Shown here piece by piece: positions 13,106-27,228 of a stretch of 64,000 nucleotides of DNA. Positions within the stretch are counted from its first letter, which is position 1. Each line of letters begins with the position of its first letter. The stretch lies in assembly GCA_951406725.2 (NCBI GenBank), contig OX597815.1, positions 112,716,001 through 112,780,000 on the forward strand, written 5' to 3'. The DNA is from Octopus vulgaris (taxonomy: Eukaryota). Below the pieces are notes generated by a model. That model was given only the letters and a program-made list of their open reading frames with translations. It had not been told where the DNA came from and searched no databases. Both the position numbers and the translations under genes were made by a program.

Positions 13106-15497
13106 ACATGTAGAATAAGAACAACAACAACATAAACACAAAGTTACGTCGTTTATAGAGAAACATTTTATCAATTGAATCTATAATTTGCTCTAAAGCC
13201 TTTGTCAAAGGAGTAATAGCACCATGTTTGAACCGTTCTCCGTACCACAGTGACTGGTTGGGAGAAAACACGTTAATCTCCGAACACGAGATCTGAGAAC
13301 AGGAATGATCGCTTCAACAGAACGGTACAGCCTTCACAATACAGCCTGTTTGCGTCCACTAACAAAAGAAAAACAAAGTAGACAGCAGAGTTAGTGAAGT
13401 AGATGTTGATTTTAAGTTCAGTCTCAAGCTGCTTCAGCCACTCAGGATAGAACGTAAGATATTTATCCAGATGTATTTTTTCAACCGATTTTCCTTATCT
13501 ACGAGAATGTCCGAGTTCAACCGGATAGTTACTTATCTCTAGTTTCTTTCTGTAGATTTAAGTTGAAGAGAGAATCATAAATTAAGCTACTATATTGATG
13601 AAATTTTTTTATTGAAAATTGTAGAATGAGTGATCAAATCAGAACTGCAAAGAAGAATATTTCTCGTGAATTTTGTCATCGCAAACATTACCTACTATCG
13701 AATAAAACAATTGTATTGTATTTGTTTATAGCTTGGTCGATGGTGCTAGAAAAAGGCTATAAAGGCTAGGTCGTTGAATACAAATATGTGCCAGCAACAG
13801 GTTACAAACAAGCGGGTGCAGAATACCAAATTCAAAATACACTTTGTATTCAAGTGATCTCCGTAGAGTAATATTAGGATTTCAAATTTCAATGAATGTG
13901 AAGAAATGAGACTAAGTACAACAAAACATTTACTCTGATGCTCCACTAAGCCAGCTTGCAAAACCTATTTAGGCGATAACAACGAAAAGAAGAGAATATG
14001 GGTTTTTATTCAGAAAACCTACATTAGTTTTACTTATTCTATGGAAATAGTATAATCTAACTAATGTGTATGTCTGGAATCTCTTTAAAATACATCGCTG
14101 AATTGGCACTGAACCATTAAATTTCTGATAACCAATTTATCTCGTCCAATTACCGTATCGCCTTGCATTTCAGTAAAAGACAAGATAGTTCCTTAGACAT
14201 TTTTCAAAGTAAGTAAATTAATTCTTTAAAATTTCTTCAGAATACGGCTCTGGAAATTATATTGATCCACTTTATCACCATCGTTATCCCCGAGTATTTC
14301 ATCTTGCTTAAAGAAAATTACAAATTATCATTGTGACAGCTGTGTTGTTTTTTATGGCACATAAATCATTTCTTCTTTCCCTGTCTAATCGAACAATACA
14401 ATTGGTAAACAATTCTAGCAACTATTAACAAAGGTCACTGAACATCATTAACTGAGTTATCTTCCTTTGTATTTGGAGAATTGAATTAAAGCTAATAATA
14501 ATAATGTTAGGGAGGGAGAGGGTCATTGGCCATTTTCATTGTTGTTATGTCTTCAGTCCAGATTTATGTCATAAAGAAATCCATTTTGTAGTTCCATTTA
14601 TCTATATATGTATCGTATAAAGCAGAACGTTGACGTTTGTTTTGATAAAGATATATCCTTCATTGAGCGGTTGTAAGGCCAAACATCTTTTGAAAATGTC
14701 TTTTAAAATTGGATTTCAATTTGAAATATTTGAATCTAAATCTGGCTTGCTGACATTTTAGAAATTAATCAATAGTTTTGTTTTGCCTTGTTTTATATCA
14801 AAAAATAATATCTTACATTTCATTGAAAATTTGTTATCAAAACGTCAGAGATTAAATCCTATAAAATATATGACTGTAAAATAATATGAGGTGGGGAAAT
14901 GTTTCAGATAACTTTTTTTATAACAATATATAGAAATTAAAGAAAACAAAGTTAAAATAATGATTTTATGAATTCTAAGAATACGCTTGTCTCATTTATG
15001 TTTCTTTATATGTAACATTGCTATTGTTTAACCCTAGATTATAAGGGAGCACTCTATGACCAAAATGGTTCTAGCCATGGTGGATACATCTCTTTGTTAG
15101 TATTAAGCAATATCATAATATGTGTACTTTCCCTCATTAAGACAGTTGAATATTGTTTGTGCAAGGTTAGTCGATCGACTAAGCATATGCTCCTCGGTGT
15201 GTTCATATACGTATTTATATAAAGTAATTGTAATCCGTTAGATATATTTCATAGCTCACAAATATATTTAAGTGGTAAATGCAGAAACCAAACAGACTAT
15301 TAAATTGAAAGTTAACTGAAAACTAATATAAACACGGTGTTTTCTATTGCTGACCCTTCAAAGATTCAAACATTTAAAAGTAGGAAACACACACACATAC
15401 ATACACACACACACATATATATATATATAATGAACTGTTCCGTGATAGAAAATTCAACAAAAAATGTACTCCATCTGGTGAGAGACAAATATTATTA

Positions 15498-15686
15498 TAT
15501 AAAGGACACAATACATGACTTTAAGTGCTACTAATCGTTTCATATGTTGAGATATACGTCAGACTATTCATCAAGCACAAGCCACATATCATAAAATACT
15601 GTGGTTTGTGTCTGATGCATATGTTCGCGATATTTCTCAACATATGAAACTATTAGCACTTAAAGACATATATTGCGACCTTTAAA
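15498..15686. repeat. Fold-back (palindromic) element with an HHR motif in each arm
   Basis: Arms 15498-15586 and 15600-15686 are imperfect reverse complements. Plus arm: GTGT-CTGATGC-ATATGTT..AACATAT-GAAAC-TA-TTA-GCAC. Minus arm: GTGC-TTGATGA..GAAAC-GATTA-GTA-GCAC. Confidence 0.8.
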
Positions 15687-18600
15687 TGATATATGTGTAT
15701 GTGTGTCTATATGCGTATATATATATATATATATATATGAATTTTTGAGCTTTTTCAGAAACGAATATCGTCATGCAAGATATCCAGAAGTATTTGGGAT
15801 ATAAGTATAATTGCCAAAAAATAGCGCAAAATCTCTTTACGTTTTGCTATATAAACGTGGCTGGCATGAACTGATAAATTAATTGATTTCCGACATTCAC
15901 TTGTGAACTACCATATTTATTGTAATATGCTGCATTGTTTATCTTCAGTTTGCTCTATATTGCCTATTTTCATAATCAAGTCTGTTTGTTTTTCAAACGA
16001 GATAAAGAAAACGAAAATATTTCATTTCAGTCAATCAATAATCTTCTTTATGTGACAGGCGAACACCATTACTAAATATATTTTGACATAGCAGATGCTT
16101 GAGTTTCATGTTATAATCTATGCATGCGGGAGACGTTACTGGATGAGACACAGAACACATGACTGTGAATACGACAAGTGATTCTGAATACATAAATGTA
16201 AACTAGTCTTTATTGAAATAAATTATACCGTGAGCACATCAAATAGATGCACTATAGATAAAGGTATAATATATAATGTAACCCCTATTGATTCTGTATA
16301 TATGTGTAAATATTACATTGTACATACTCATATGGTTAACAACTTCCAAGAATATACTGAAAATGATTAAGTCCATGACTTAGTATTGCTTGGTTCTTCT
16401 TTAATGAAAGCCATACAATTCTAGTTTAGAATATCGAAACCAAACTCAGCGACCCATTTGAATATGCTTTTCATGTTTACACGTTTGATTCCATTAATTT
16501 AAAGAGTAAGAAGTTATTCAGATAAGACTGCTACACCAGTTTACATATTAACTGTTTCGTGTGCCATATTTTATTGTTTCGGTTTAGCTTAGGTCTAGCC
16601 TGGTTTGTAAACTTTGATCAATGAGTTTAAGCTTTGATCATTTCTTCACTTCAGATATAGCGTTTAAGGACCGTATTTTCAAATATCTTCCTTTCTAAGA
16701 CGATAAGATTTTATTTGAGAGTGATTTCATTGCCATTTTGTTCAGATATAATTTATTTTTAAGATACACAATTAACGAAACGCATTAGCTAAAGTAAGTG
16801 TCCCTTTAATTGTTAAATTCAGAGTTGTATTTTTTCAATTCACCAAAGGATTGGAGAAGGAAATTAGTAACTGTGTTACATTAACATACATGTCATTTTA
16901 TCGTTGATATATTTGCAACTTAATGTGTGTCACATTAAGTCATTCTTTCGTGTTCGTTTTATTTCTCCTAATTTATTTATATCACCAAAACACCTGAGAC
17001 TATTCTTAGATTCAGAGTATTTAACCTTATATATTTGTACATATTTCGATTAAATATGTCAACTAAAATCTCATCAAAGTGGTCTGCGTAATTAGATTAT
17101 TAGATATATTACAATTTGGTACACAATAATATATTTATGTTTAATATTGTTTATTATATTATTTTTAAAAGATCAACTTAATTCAGCATATATAGGGAAG
17201 GTTTATTCCCCTCGTTTTATAGTACTAAGTAGATGTCCCTACGTATAGGATACCATTTTATTAATGGTGTCTCACTACACCGAAGGAATTAAACTCAGGA
17301 CTATACGCTAATGAAGTCCTTGCTGCCACTCAAAGACTTATATCTGCTTTTGAAACATAAGCACTTTTGCTATGAATATGGCATAAGAAATAGAACCTAT
17401 GCATAGTTATTCAATCTGTTAGAAATAACAAAGAAATCTCCTCTAACTTACAAAAATATTTTGCATTGGATAATGCAGGCACGGGTCTGTTCGATTTCGA
17501 GCTGACTTTAATGTAAACAAAGACTTGGTTCTCAGTAATGTTGCCATATTCTTGACCACTAAGATTTTAGTTGATTGCCTACTAACCTTTCGAACTTTCG
17601 GCTTAACATACTTATATACAAAAAGCTTTTCCCAATTCTTTATCATCCTAAACATTAATTGTAACCAACAGACTATGCACTCATGCCAAATGTGTTGGCT
17701 CAAACATGGGTTAACCCATATGCATACAAAATAGCTTTATGTATTCATTGATGCCAGAAGATCTCAGATTTCCAATAAATACGTAACTGAACCGTTTCCT
17801 TTGTCTTGCTCGCGTGCACTTGTCTTCATCCAGCTGGAAGTTGAACGATTGTTTTAGCAAGCGATAATCTGATATTGCACGATATGACCAGCGTATCGTA
17901 ACTATTGTCACGTAATCATAGTTTCATGAACATGCAGAGGGTTCCACCTGCTCTCTTACTCGATATATATGATTTTCCTAAGATATTTTTTCTCTGTTGG
18001 TATATTTCTAGCTTACAGAGGTATCAATCAGGAATTATCTAGGTTTCTGGGCCGCATGTGAGATTGAATATAACACATACTATATATACATCATAAGTTT
18101 AGTTGCCTGTCTTAGATCATGATCGTCTGCACATAAACTGCATTGACGTCACCAGTTGGCGAGAGATCGTAAGGGTGTGGTTTAACTATGACCTTTGCAA
18201 CTGCAACATCGAACGAAATAGTAAAATTAATCTTTTCAAATCTCTCATTCTATGTATCAACTCTTTTATTTTGCGTTTCTCTTTACTCTCTTTCTCTTTT
18301 CCACTCTTTCTCTGTCTTCTTTTCTCTATTCCCTTCTCTGTTTTTTTTTTCTCTTTTCCTCTGATCATGCTCCTGTAAAGCAACAGATAATCTCCTAGTT
18401 ACACACATTTATTTTTCATTCACGCCATTAATGTTCATGAACCTCCACCGCCCAATACCGGAATTTAGTACTTTGTTACCAGTCAAAGAATCGATAATAT
18501 CTACAATACTATTAAGTGAGAGACTAGAGGTTCAATCCTTCAAATTATTTGATCAGCAAATTCTAGATCTTATAGCTTAATCTACTGAAGTGGTTAAACT

Positions 18601-19227
18601 TCTAGTGTACAACACATCGAAATATTTTCGCTAGATTTTGCAAAATGTTCTCTATGGTTCATAAATTTATCTTTAAAAGCAGTTTCAATCAACCGTAAAT
18701 AGAATCATAGAATCACTGTACAAGAGTGGAACTTCCACAAAAGCCTAGATTAACGATTAACTAGAGAATGAAATCTGTTTGTCGTATTAATTCCGCAGTT
18801 TCTTTCCATTAAAACAATTTCTCTTTTAAGAGATTCTAAGAAAATGTTTTGAATCTTTTATCTCACTTTCTAATATTCTTCCTTCTATCTTAACTTGAAG
18901 CTTCTATTGTTGCGTTTTTCAGAGGCTGTGTTTGTCTGTACATGCCAGCAGACGATTATATATATACACATATACATGGGCACATGTACATATGCGCAAA
19001 CATATAAACATACATGTATATAATGAAATAGTGATATGCCCATACATATGCATATATGTGCGTATGCACGTGGGCGTATGTGCGTGTCTTTATATATATA
19101 TATATATATATATACTGTATATGTGCATGTATATATATATCTATGAATATATTATATGTATATACGTATGTACATATATATATGCATGTATGTATATACT
19201 GTGTATGTCTCTATCTCTTTGTCTTAA

Positions 19228-19271
<44 letters not shown>

Positions 19272-19659
19272 GGTGTGTATATATATGTGTGTGAGTGTAT
19301 GTGTGTATTTATTTATAGATATGTTTATGTGCACCATGATTTAGAATGACCTTTGCGTACACTTGTTGACTTAGAGCACTCGCACGAACACTTTTGGTAT
19401 GAGGAAACAACTTCAGTTAGCAAAACACACTCAGACACGCGCACACGCACACACGCGCGCACACACTTATACATACATAAGTGTTTGCAGATTTTCCCGT
19501 CACTGTATTACGCCCGTATATCGCACTCATCCGTATATTGTATTATACCGTGTATGATGCAGAACACAACTTTGAGGTATAGTTTTCTTCTCTCTCTTCC
19601 TCTTTCTTCTTTGTCACTATCTCTCTCCCCATATCGGTCTGAATTTATGCATTTAATGT

Positions 19660-19690
<31 letters not shown>

Positions 19691-20651
19691 TGTGTATTAG
19701 GTCAGGAGGGGCTTAATCGTTGGATGAAAAAAATCACAAATCGTAAGAGACATGATATTAGTTCTAATGTGGCAGAATATATATTAATATATGAGAGCTA
19801 AATATTTTAACAAATGACAAGTTTTCTGGAGTTTTCTTCTTTCAAGATTCTTCGGTGTAGTAATGAAAAATTCGATACACTTTACAAATAGCGAAATCGG
19901 GGGAGACACATATGAAAACAAAACACCCTGTTGCCTCGAAGCATCGAAGAGATAGAAAACAGAAAACGTGATATGAAAGGAAGGAAGACAGTATTGTTAG
20001 TTACAGAATAACAGCATAGGGGTGAGTGAAAACAAGAAAACTGAACTGCTGTATTTCACCCGTATTTGCGAAAGATAAATCATCATTTAAACTAAAGGCC
20101 TGACAAGTAGTCCTCATCCGTTTTTGACAGAATTTTCTGATTGAAAACCTGCTTGGACATTTTATGTCAATGATACCTACGTACAGAAAGACATCATGGA
20201 TGGTCGAAGGATATATCCTATTATCATAAATTTAGTGTGCTCTTTCTCTTCGTTTTTTTTTTTCTTGTCTTTTTTTTTAATTGTTTATGAGCTTTCACTA
20301 TGGCGTTTATGTTACCGAAATATCAGCTTCTATCTAAGTTCATGAAAATTGTATATCGTACACAAATGCGCTTATTCTACTCTTCACTATATGTGAAATG
20401 CTCTATGGATATTATACATTATATTCCTTTCGCTTCTCCGAATTATTCAGCTCCATAACTTCAGCCTTCATTATTTAACCTTCTGCTTCTCCCTCTCTTT
20501 TTCTTTCTTTCTTCCCCCCTCTCTCTCTCGATATATATATATATACGGATAGTAAATCGAATGATTCACATCAGGTAGCTTACTGGTAAAGCACGGTCAC
20601 ATCTTCCGTCTTTCATTTGCTATATATATATATATAGATAGATAGATAGAT

Positions 20652-20727
<76 letters not shown>

Positions 20728-20740
20728 ATATACATATATA

Positions 20741-21537
20741 TAGGATGCGATGAGTAAATTGTCGCCATTTTATATTACTAAATTCGAGCACGCGCATTGT
20801 TTGTCTTTCATTTTGTAGGGTAAGTTGTGCACCGTCTGAAAGAAAAACAGCACCATTATGCAATTCACTCTGCCAGAAATATGGAAGCGACAGCTGTACT
20901 GCTTAGCATTCGCACAGGAAACTCCAATACGAACATTTCAGAGAGTTTGGGAGTCAATCTGAGGACAGTGCAATCTGAGAACATGTACTGAGAGTGATGA
21001 AAATAAAACATCCAGTCAACTTCATAGTGTTTGGAGTGATAACTAGTGATGGCCACAGACTCAACACGGTGGCCTACATAAAGTGCCTGGGGGAAGTAGT
21101 GCTGCCCTGGGTCCAGAGGGTGGCTGCTGGAAGACCCTATGTCTGGCAACAGGACTGTGAACCATATCACACAAGCAGAAGAACCCAGTCATGGCTGTCA
21201 GACAATTTCTGCGACCATACCACCCCTATCATCTGGCCATCTAACTCCCCAGGCTACAACCGCCTTGATTATTATGTGTGGGTCACAGTTCAGCGAAAAA
21301 CCAACAGAAATCCTTGTAACACAAAAGATGAATATTATGGCTGTATTCACCAACTAAAACAAGAAAACACTTCAGAAGAGTTGCAGGAAATTCCGAAGTC
21401 GTCTGGAGGCTGTGGTTGAAGCCAATGGCGATTTTGTTGAATAAATTTACTCTTTAGTATTTCAAAATATTTCTATGTAATTTTGGTAAAATTATTTCCT
21501 TTTCTGCGTAATTTAGACGACATTTTATTCTCCGCAA

Positions 21538-21541
<4 letters not shown>
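20741..21541 (+). mobile_element. Internally deleted Tc1/mariner DNA transposon, DD37D (maT-like)
   Basis: ORF 20994-21419 contains WQQD...WPSNSPGYNRLDYYVW with 37 residues between the 2nd and 3rd Asp. Imperfect TIRs TAGGATGCGATGAGTAAATTGTCG / CGACATTTTATTCTCCGCAACCTA, flanked by (TA)n. Confidence 0.85.
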
Positions 21542-21609
<68 letters not shown>

Positions 21610-21611
21610 CA

Positions 21612-22400
21612 CTAGCAATGCATCCCAGCGGTGCCCGGATGTCATGACCTACAGGCACATTGTATTATTTGCTCCTTACTTATGGGCAGAATCAGCACAG
21701 ATATAGAGTTAATAGCATTATGGAAGTTATTGTTTATTTAAAAGCGAAGAGGGAGGGTACAATTTGCATGGGTTTGCATGAAAGTGCTTTCTGTTCTTAA
21801 GAAGGATCACAAACTGTATATTATTTCATCGTATAAAAGGGGGTTAATATGATTTTGTTCAGAAATCTGGTTTTCAAACTTTACGTTTCACCCATTCTCA
21901 CCGCAATTTCTTAATTTGTAACTTTTTTCGATTTTTTTTTTTTTTTTTTTTTTTTGTTATCTACATAGAAAAATACAGAGATTACGAATCTGGGAAATGC
22001 ATATATATTTTACTGTTTAACTTTTCTTAAAGAAACACTCAATGCTCCTTCTCCCACTTCGCACACCCATCACCTACCCGCTTTCAAAATCTAAAATCTG
22101 ATATTTCCCTCATACGTAGAATTCTACTGAAATTGTAAACTTTGAAAATATCAGACCACCACCAGAAAATACGACATGCAAGAAACAGTAAGTAAACGAC
22201 ATTGTTTCTTTAGAAAATTCCCCGCTTTCGAAATAGGTAAAAGTGAAGCATTGGGAGTGTGTAGCTTTTTGAATGTGGTGAGGTGATGAGGAAAAATGTT
22301 AAAGATTCGTACTGTCTGTTTTGTTTTTTTCTTCGTGGATTACCAAGAAAAATATTTGAAAAATGTAAAAAGTGAATTTGGTGTGGAGAGGGAGAAAAGT
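21612..22400 (-). mobile_element. Helitron-like element (3' end clear, 5' limit uncertain)
   Basis: Minus-strand 3' end: hairpin CATCCGGGCACCGCTGGGATG followed by CATTGCTAG^T. Confidence 0.55.
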
Positions 22401-23403
22401 AAAATATTGAGAACGTGTTTTGTGGGCGAATTCCTAATTTCCTGTATTCCAAACTTCGGAATCGGAAGAAATTTAGGAATCAAGTAAGGTGGAGGAGCGG
22501 AAATGTCACCTCGGACATTCAGGAAAGAATAGGTAAAGGACAGGATTCCTGAGAAAACTTTCTTTTAAGCTTATATCAAAGATCAGTATTTTAAATACGC
22601 TCATCGCAAACACAAATTACACAAAGATAATTTCAATTGGATTTGAGCCTTAAATTTGCGCGTGCAGACTGCGAGAAATAACATAATTCGCACAAACATT
22701 TTAGCTAGAGTGTATGTCAAAGGGAGTTATTTTATGACATTCTTTTGTTTGAGGAACCAAAGTTGTCAACTCCACATATATGGGATTATATGATTGTTCG
22801 TTAATTTCCGTAAACATTTAAAATTTCTTTATGCTTTGAAGAGAGCAGAAATTGAAAGAGAGGATAAAGTGAAATGGCGACATTTGCTTTGAAGTGAGAG
22901 GAGAGAGTAAAAGAGAGAAGAAATTGAAAGATGTATATGTATATGAAATGGACGTGTTTCAGAGGGAGAGAGGGAGAGAGTGAGAGAGAGAGAGAGAGAG
23001 AGTGAGAGAGAGAGAGAGAAAGAGAGTGAGTGAGAGAGTGTAACCTTCCTTTAACTACGGTATATTATTTCCGGGGTTCTGCAAGGAAAGATATGTACCT
23101 GCTCTATTTCCGGAATTTGAATTTTTATTTGCATTCAAAGCAACCCCAGATGCAAACCGTGAATTCTAAAAAAATCCTTTTCTAGCTTATCGGACTTTCT
23201 CTTTCTCATACACGCACATTATCTTTCATATACACGTACATAAATAGGCGGAGGTAAAGAATTCGCCCTCAAAACACCACCCGTTTTCGGCCCTAAACAC
23301 GGGATGTGCGTATTATTTACCTTCGACCATGAATTGGAATAATATTCCCTAATATTATTATTATATATATAATATTATATATTCGCTAATATATATATAT
23401 ATA

Positions 23404-23556
23404 TCTGTAAATGTAATATGTCACAATTATTCAGTAGCCAAGATAAGACTCCGAGTTTCGGATGCCGATGTGGAAAACTCACGGCACCACCTCGGCATCC
23501 CAAACTCGGAGTTTTATCTTGGCTACCGAATAATTGTCACATATTACATTTACAGA
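23404..23556. repeat. Near-perfect ~150 bp palindrome inserted in (TA)n
   Basis: TCTGTAAATGTAATATGTCACAATTATTCAGTAGCCAAGATAAGACTCCGAGTTTCGGATGCCGA pairs with TCGGCATCCCAAACTCGGAGTTTTATCTTGGCTACCGAATAATTGTCACATATTACATTTACAGA. Confidence 0.9.
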
Positions 23557-23718
23557 TAAATTCCTCTATTTACATAATACCGAGGTCTCTTTCCTTCTTT
23601 TGTTATCTTACCGTTTTTATCAATATATATGTATATATATGTATATATATGTATATATATATGTATATGTATATGTATATGTATGTATATATGTATGTGT
23701 GTCTGTCTGTGTGTATAG

Positions 23719-23778
<60 letters not shown>

Positions 23779-24220
23779 GATAGATAAACAGACCACTCAC
23801 AATTCGAGTAGACACTTTTGCCATTATTACATTCTCTCCTTTGTTGGGGTCCCAGCTCTCATTTCTTGTCTCGCTGTTGTATATTTTAAAACAGATTTTA
23901 GTTGATGGTGTTAACTTATGTCCCCTACTATGGGATCTGATCAAACAGCATATTAAAAAAAGATCATCTAGTTCCGACTATGATGCCTTTTTTTATATTA
24001 GGAAGTACATTATTTAGTGTATCTTGGTTCTGTTAAGACTGACAATTGTGATTTAAGGATTGTTCGGCTATTATTCCTCGTAGTTCCAGCAATCGCTCTG
24101 ATAGAGTGGACATGAGTCGTGAGTTTCGTGCGTTCGATAAGTTCCAACACAGAAAACTCTCAACTCTTGAACTTTGAGTTATTTTGTTGCTTCTGTTACA
24201 TATCGATTTGTGTGTGTGTG

Positions 24221-24264
<44 letters not shown>

Positions 24265-24267
24265 CAT

Positions 24268-24350
<83 letters not shown>

Positions 24351-24438
24351 TATATATATATATATATACACATATATATATATACTTTACGGAGATGTAC
24401 TTGCATAGCAAGTGATTTGATCTGAGATCGTGTGCTGA

Positions 24439-24723
24439 AACGAAAACAATTGCAGCGTGGAAGGTGTTTGTAAGCCATTTAAGAAACACACAAAAGCCGT
24501 TCGATTCATTTAAACATTTAAGTTTAATTTGTCAAAATATTTTCATCGCTTTAAGACCGGGACCTGTTCACTGACCACGGATTTTTGTCAGTGAACAGGT
24601 CGCGGTCTTAAAGCGACGAAAATATTTTGGCTAATTAAACTTAAATGTTGAAGTGAATCGAACGGCTTTTGTGTGTTTCTTAAATGGCTTACAAACACCT
24701 TCCACGCTGCAATTGTTTTCATT
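24439..24723. repeat. Near-perfect ~285 bp fold-back element with a G3-C8 variant HHR motif in each arm
   Basis: Arms 24439-24575 and 24587-24723 are reverse complements with a few mismatches. Plus arm: GTCA-GTGAACA-G-GTCGC..GCGAC-GAAA-ATATTT-TGGC. Confidence 0.9.
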
Positions 24724-24744
24724 CATATATATATATATATATAC

Positions 24745-24815
<71 letters not shown>

Positions 24816-25054
24816 TACAATTGTTCGTTTGTTTTCCACCTGCCTTCGTCTTTTGTTTATTTTCATAAAGCTTCCCGTTATATATATATATATATATATA
24901 TATATAATCAAGAAATGAGATCCAGAGGTTATCGGTATAGAAAACACTTAGTAGCCCTCAAATGCTCCGAACTTTACGAGCGACCAAGAATGGCTATAAG
25001 AGGGATGAAAAGAGTTATGAAAGTAAGCAGATATGGAGACAATTATGCGGATTA

Positions 25055-25366
25055 ACAAATTAAATGAAACAGCTTGGGTTTGATATGACGAATATTTAAG
25101 TATAATATATAAATATTTATATTAATAGATCAAACTTAAGCAGAGGACAGGTGATATAGAAAATTGAATGAGGTGAGGTTTAATTAACTTCCGCTTTAAT
25201 TTTCCCTATCGACTGTACTAAGTGCAAGTTTGATCTATTAATATACATATGTATATATTTATACTTAGATATTCATCGTCTGAAAGCCATCAGGATTTGC
25301 TTTCTCTCTGTTCGCATATATATATACATATTGTATGTTAAACCCAAGTTGTTACACATTTGATTT
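25055..25366. repeat. Degenerate fold-back element (centre ~25182)
   Basis: TATATTAATAGATCAAACTT / AAGTTTGATCTATTAATATA and AACAGCTTGGGTTT / AAACCCAAGTTGTT pair across the centre. The right arm carries an insertion. Confidence 0.7.
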
Positions 25367-25406
25367 ATTTATACACACACATACACACACACACGCACAC
25401 GCACAC

Positions 25407-25442
<36 letters not shown>

Positions 25443-25903
25443 TAGCACACACACACATATAGGTAGATAGATATATTTGTATATTTAAATGTTGAGTATG
25501 TTCCTAGTAGTAAGCCAAATAAGTACGTTCGCTACTTATGGCTACCTGACGTCATCCATGTTATCTACAGAATTGTAGCTGGATCTGTCTCATCAATTCT
25601 TCAGTGTAGGTTGAGTATATTACAAATAACGGCGGAAAATGGAATATACGAGAAACTTCAATGGATACGGAAGTAACTATATGTGAGTTATGACGCAAAT
25701 AGTGTTCTACTTTATTGTATGTGTATTTTTCTTATTCGTATTATTTTACTTTTCTTAGTTATACTTCGTCTTTTTCTATAAAGTCGCAACGGAATCCGTC
25801 CATCGCCAGTTCTGCCTAACGGCTAAAACATACTGTCACTAACATCCTGCTGTATTAAAACTGTGCGAAACAGAGTTTATTCATCGAGATACCCCTTATA
25901 ACA

Positions 25904-26007
25904 TCACTTGATGAGACGAATCTGCAACGAGGGGTACACCCCCAACCAGCAGTACATATCCGACCCACGAGGGATCGATGCAAGTTGAGTCGAAACGATC
26001 GTTGTGA
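25904..26007 (+). ncRNA. Minimal type-I hammerhead ribozyme motif (U3 variant) with long stem II
   Basis: TCAC-TTGATGA-GAC...GTC-GAAAC-GATC-GTT-GTGA: stem I TCAC/GTGA, palindromic stem III ACGATCGT, NUH=GUU. Lies between short inverted repeats at ~25637-25659 and ~26014-26036. Confidence 0.7.
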
Positions 26008-26309
26008 GCAATAAAGTTTCCTGTATATTCCATTTCTCTTCTCTACCATTTATTATACATCCATATACATAGACAGAGAGACAGATAGATAGATGCGCAG
26101 GTAAATTGTTTTAAAAACACACATACACACACACACACACAGTACTTCACATATATACAAATACATAAATAAAAACAATCTTACATCCAGATTCTCCAAC
26201 CCATATCAGTATATCATGTTATGTAATTGTAAGATCCAAGGATCATGGAGTAGGAAGTTAGTAAGCTTCGAGCAGTCCGTATTAGTGTAAAAATCAACGT
26301 TATAGATAA

Positions 26310-26368
<59 letters not shown>

Positions 26369-26369
26369 T

Positions 26370-26410
<41 letters not shown>

Positions 26411-27168
26411 CAGACAGATAGCTATTTATATATATTACGAATTAAAAGCAGCAGCTCTACTAATGTATGTGTGTTTGTATGTATGTATGTATGTAGTTTG
26501 CCTATAAATGTACACACACACACATTTCCTTATCCATTTCATTACATGATCTGTAGCGCAAACAGCATCCTACATTTTCGCCTATCGATGTCCTTCCTTC
26601 TCTCATTCCTCCTCTCTGTCACCCCACTCTGTCACTCCTCTCTCTCTCTTTCACTCACTTTCTCTCGTTCTTTCTCCCCCTCTCCTCTCCATCTCTCTCT
26701 CTCTCTCTCTTTCTCTCTCTTGTTCTCCCTTCTCCTAGATTCTCACCTGTCTCAAAGACCCCGTACCATCCCTCCTGACTAACAATAAATAAATTATAAG
26801 TGATTTGGAAAACAAATTATCGTAAATTCAGATAGACGCCAGGAGGTTATACTTGTAGCAGGTAACAAGTTCAGATAACGGATGATAGGTCTTTCTTCTT
26901 TTTTAATTTCTAATTCTTTTCTTCGGTTAACTTCTGACAATGGTTGTTCTACATGAAAGGGGATAACAGCTACTTGACCACATCCAATTTCGAGTTTTGA
27001 ATTGTATCTCTTTCGTATAATGGGATGCATGGCAATGTCTGACTTGACATGATACATCTCTTTCTTAGTCGTGTATAATGGTCGTCTATATCAGCCAATT
27101 TTTATATCCTCTTTTCTTCTTTCTCACTTCTTCAACACACACACACACACGCATACACAAACACACAT

Positions 27169-27228
<60 letters not shown>

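Noticed and set aside
23785-24205. Possible CR1/L2 LINE 3' remnant on the minus strand (SRGHKL motif, ending in ATCT repeats)
   Set aside because: Only one short motif; too degenerate to call.
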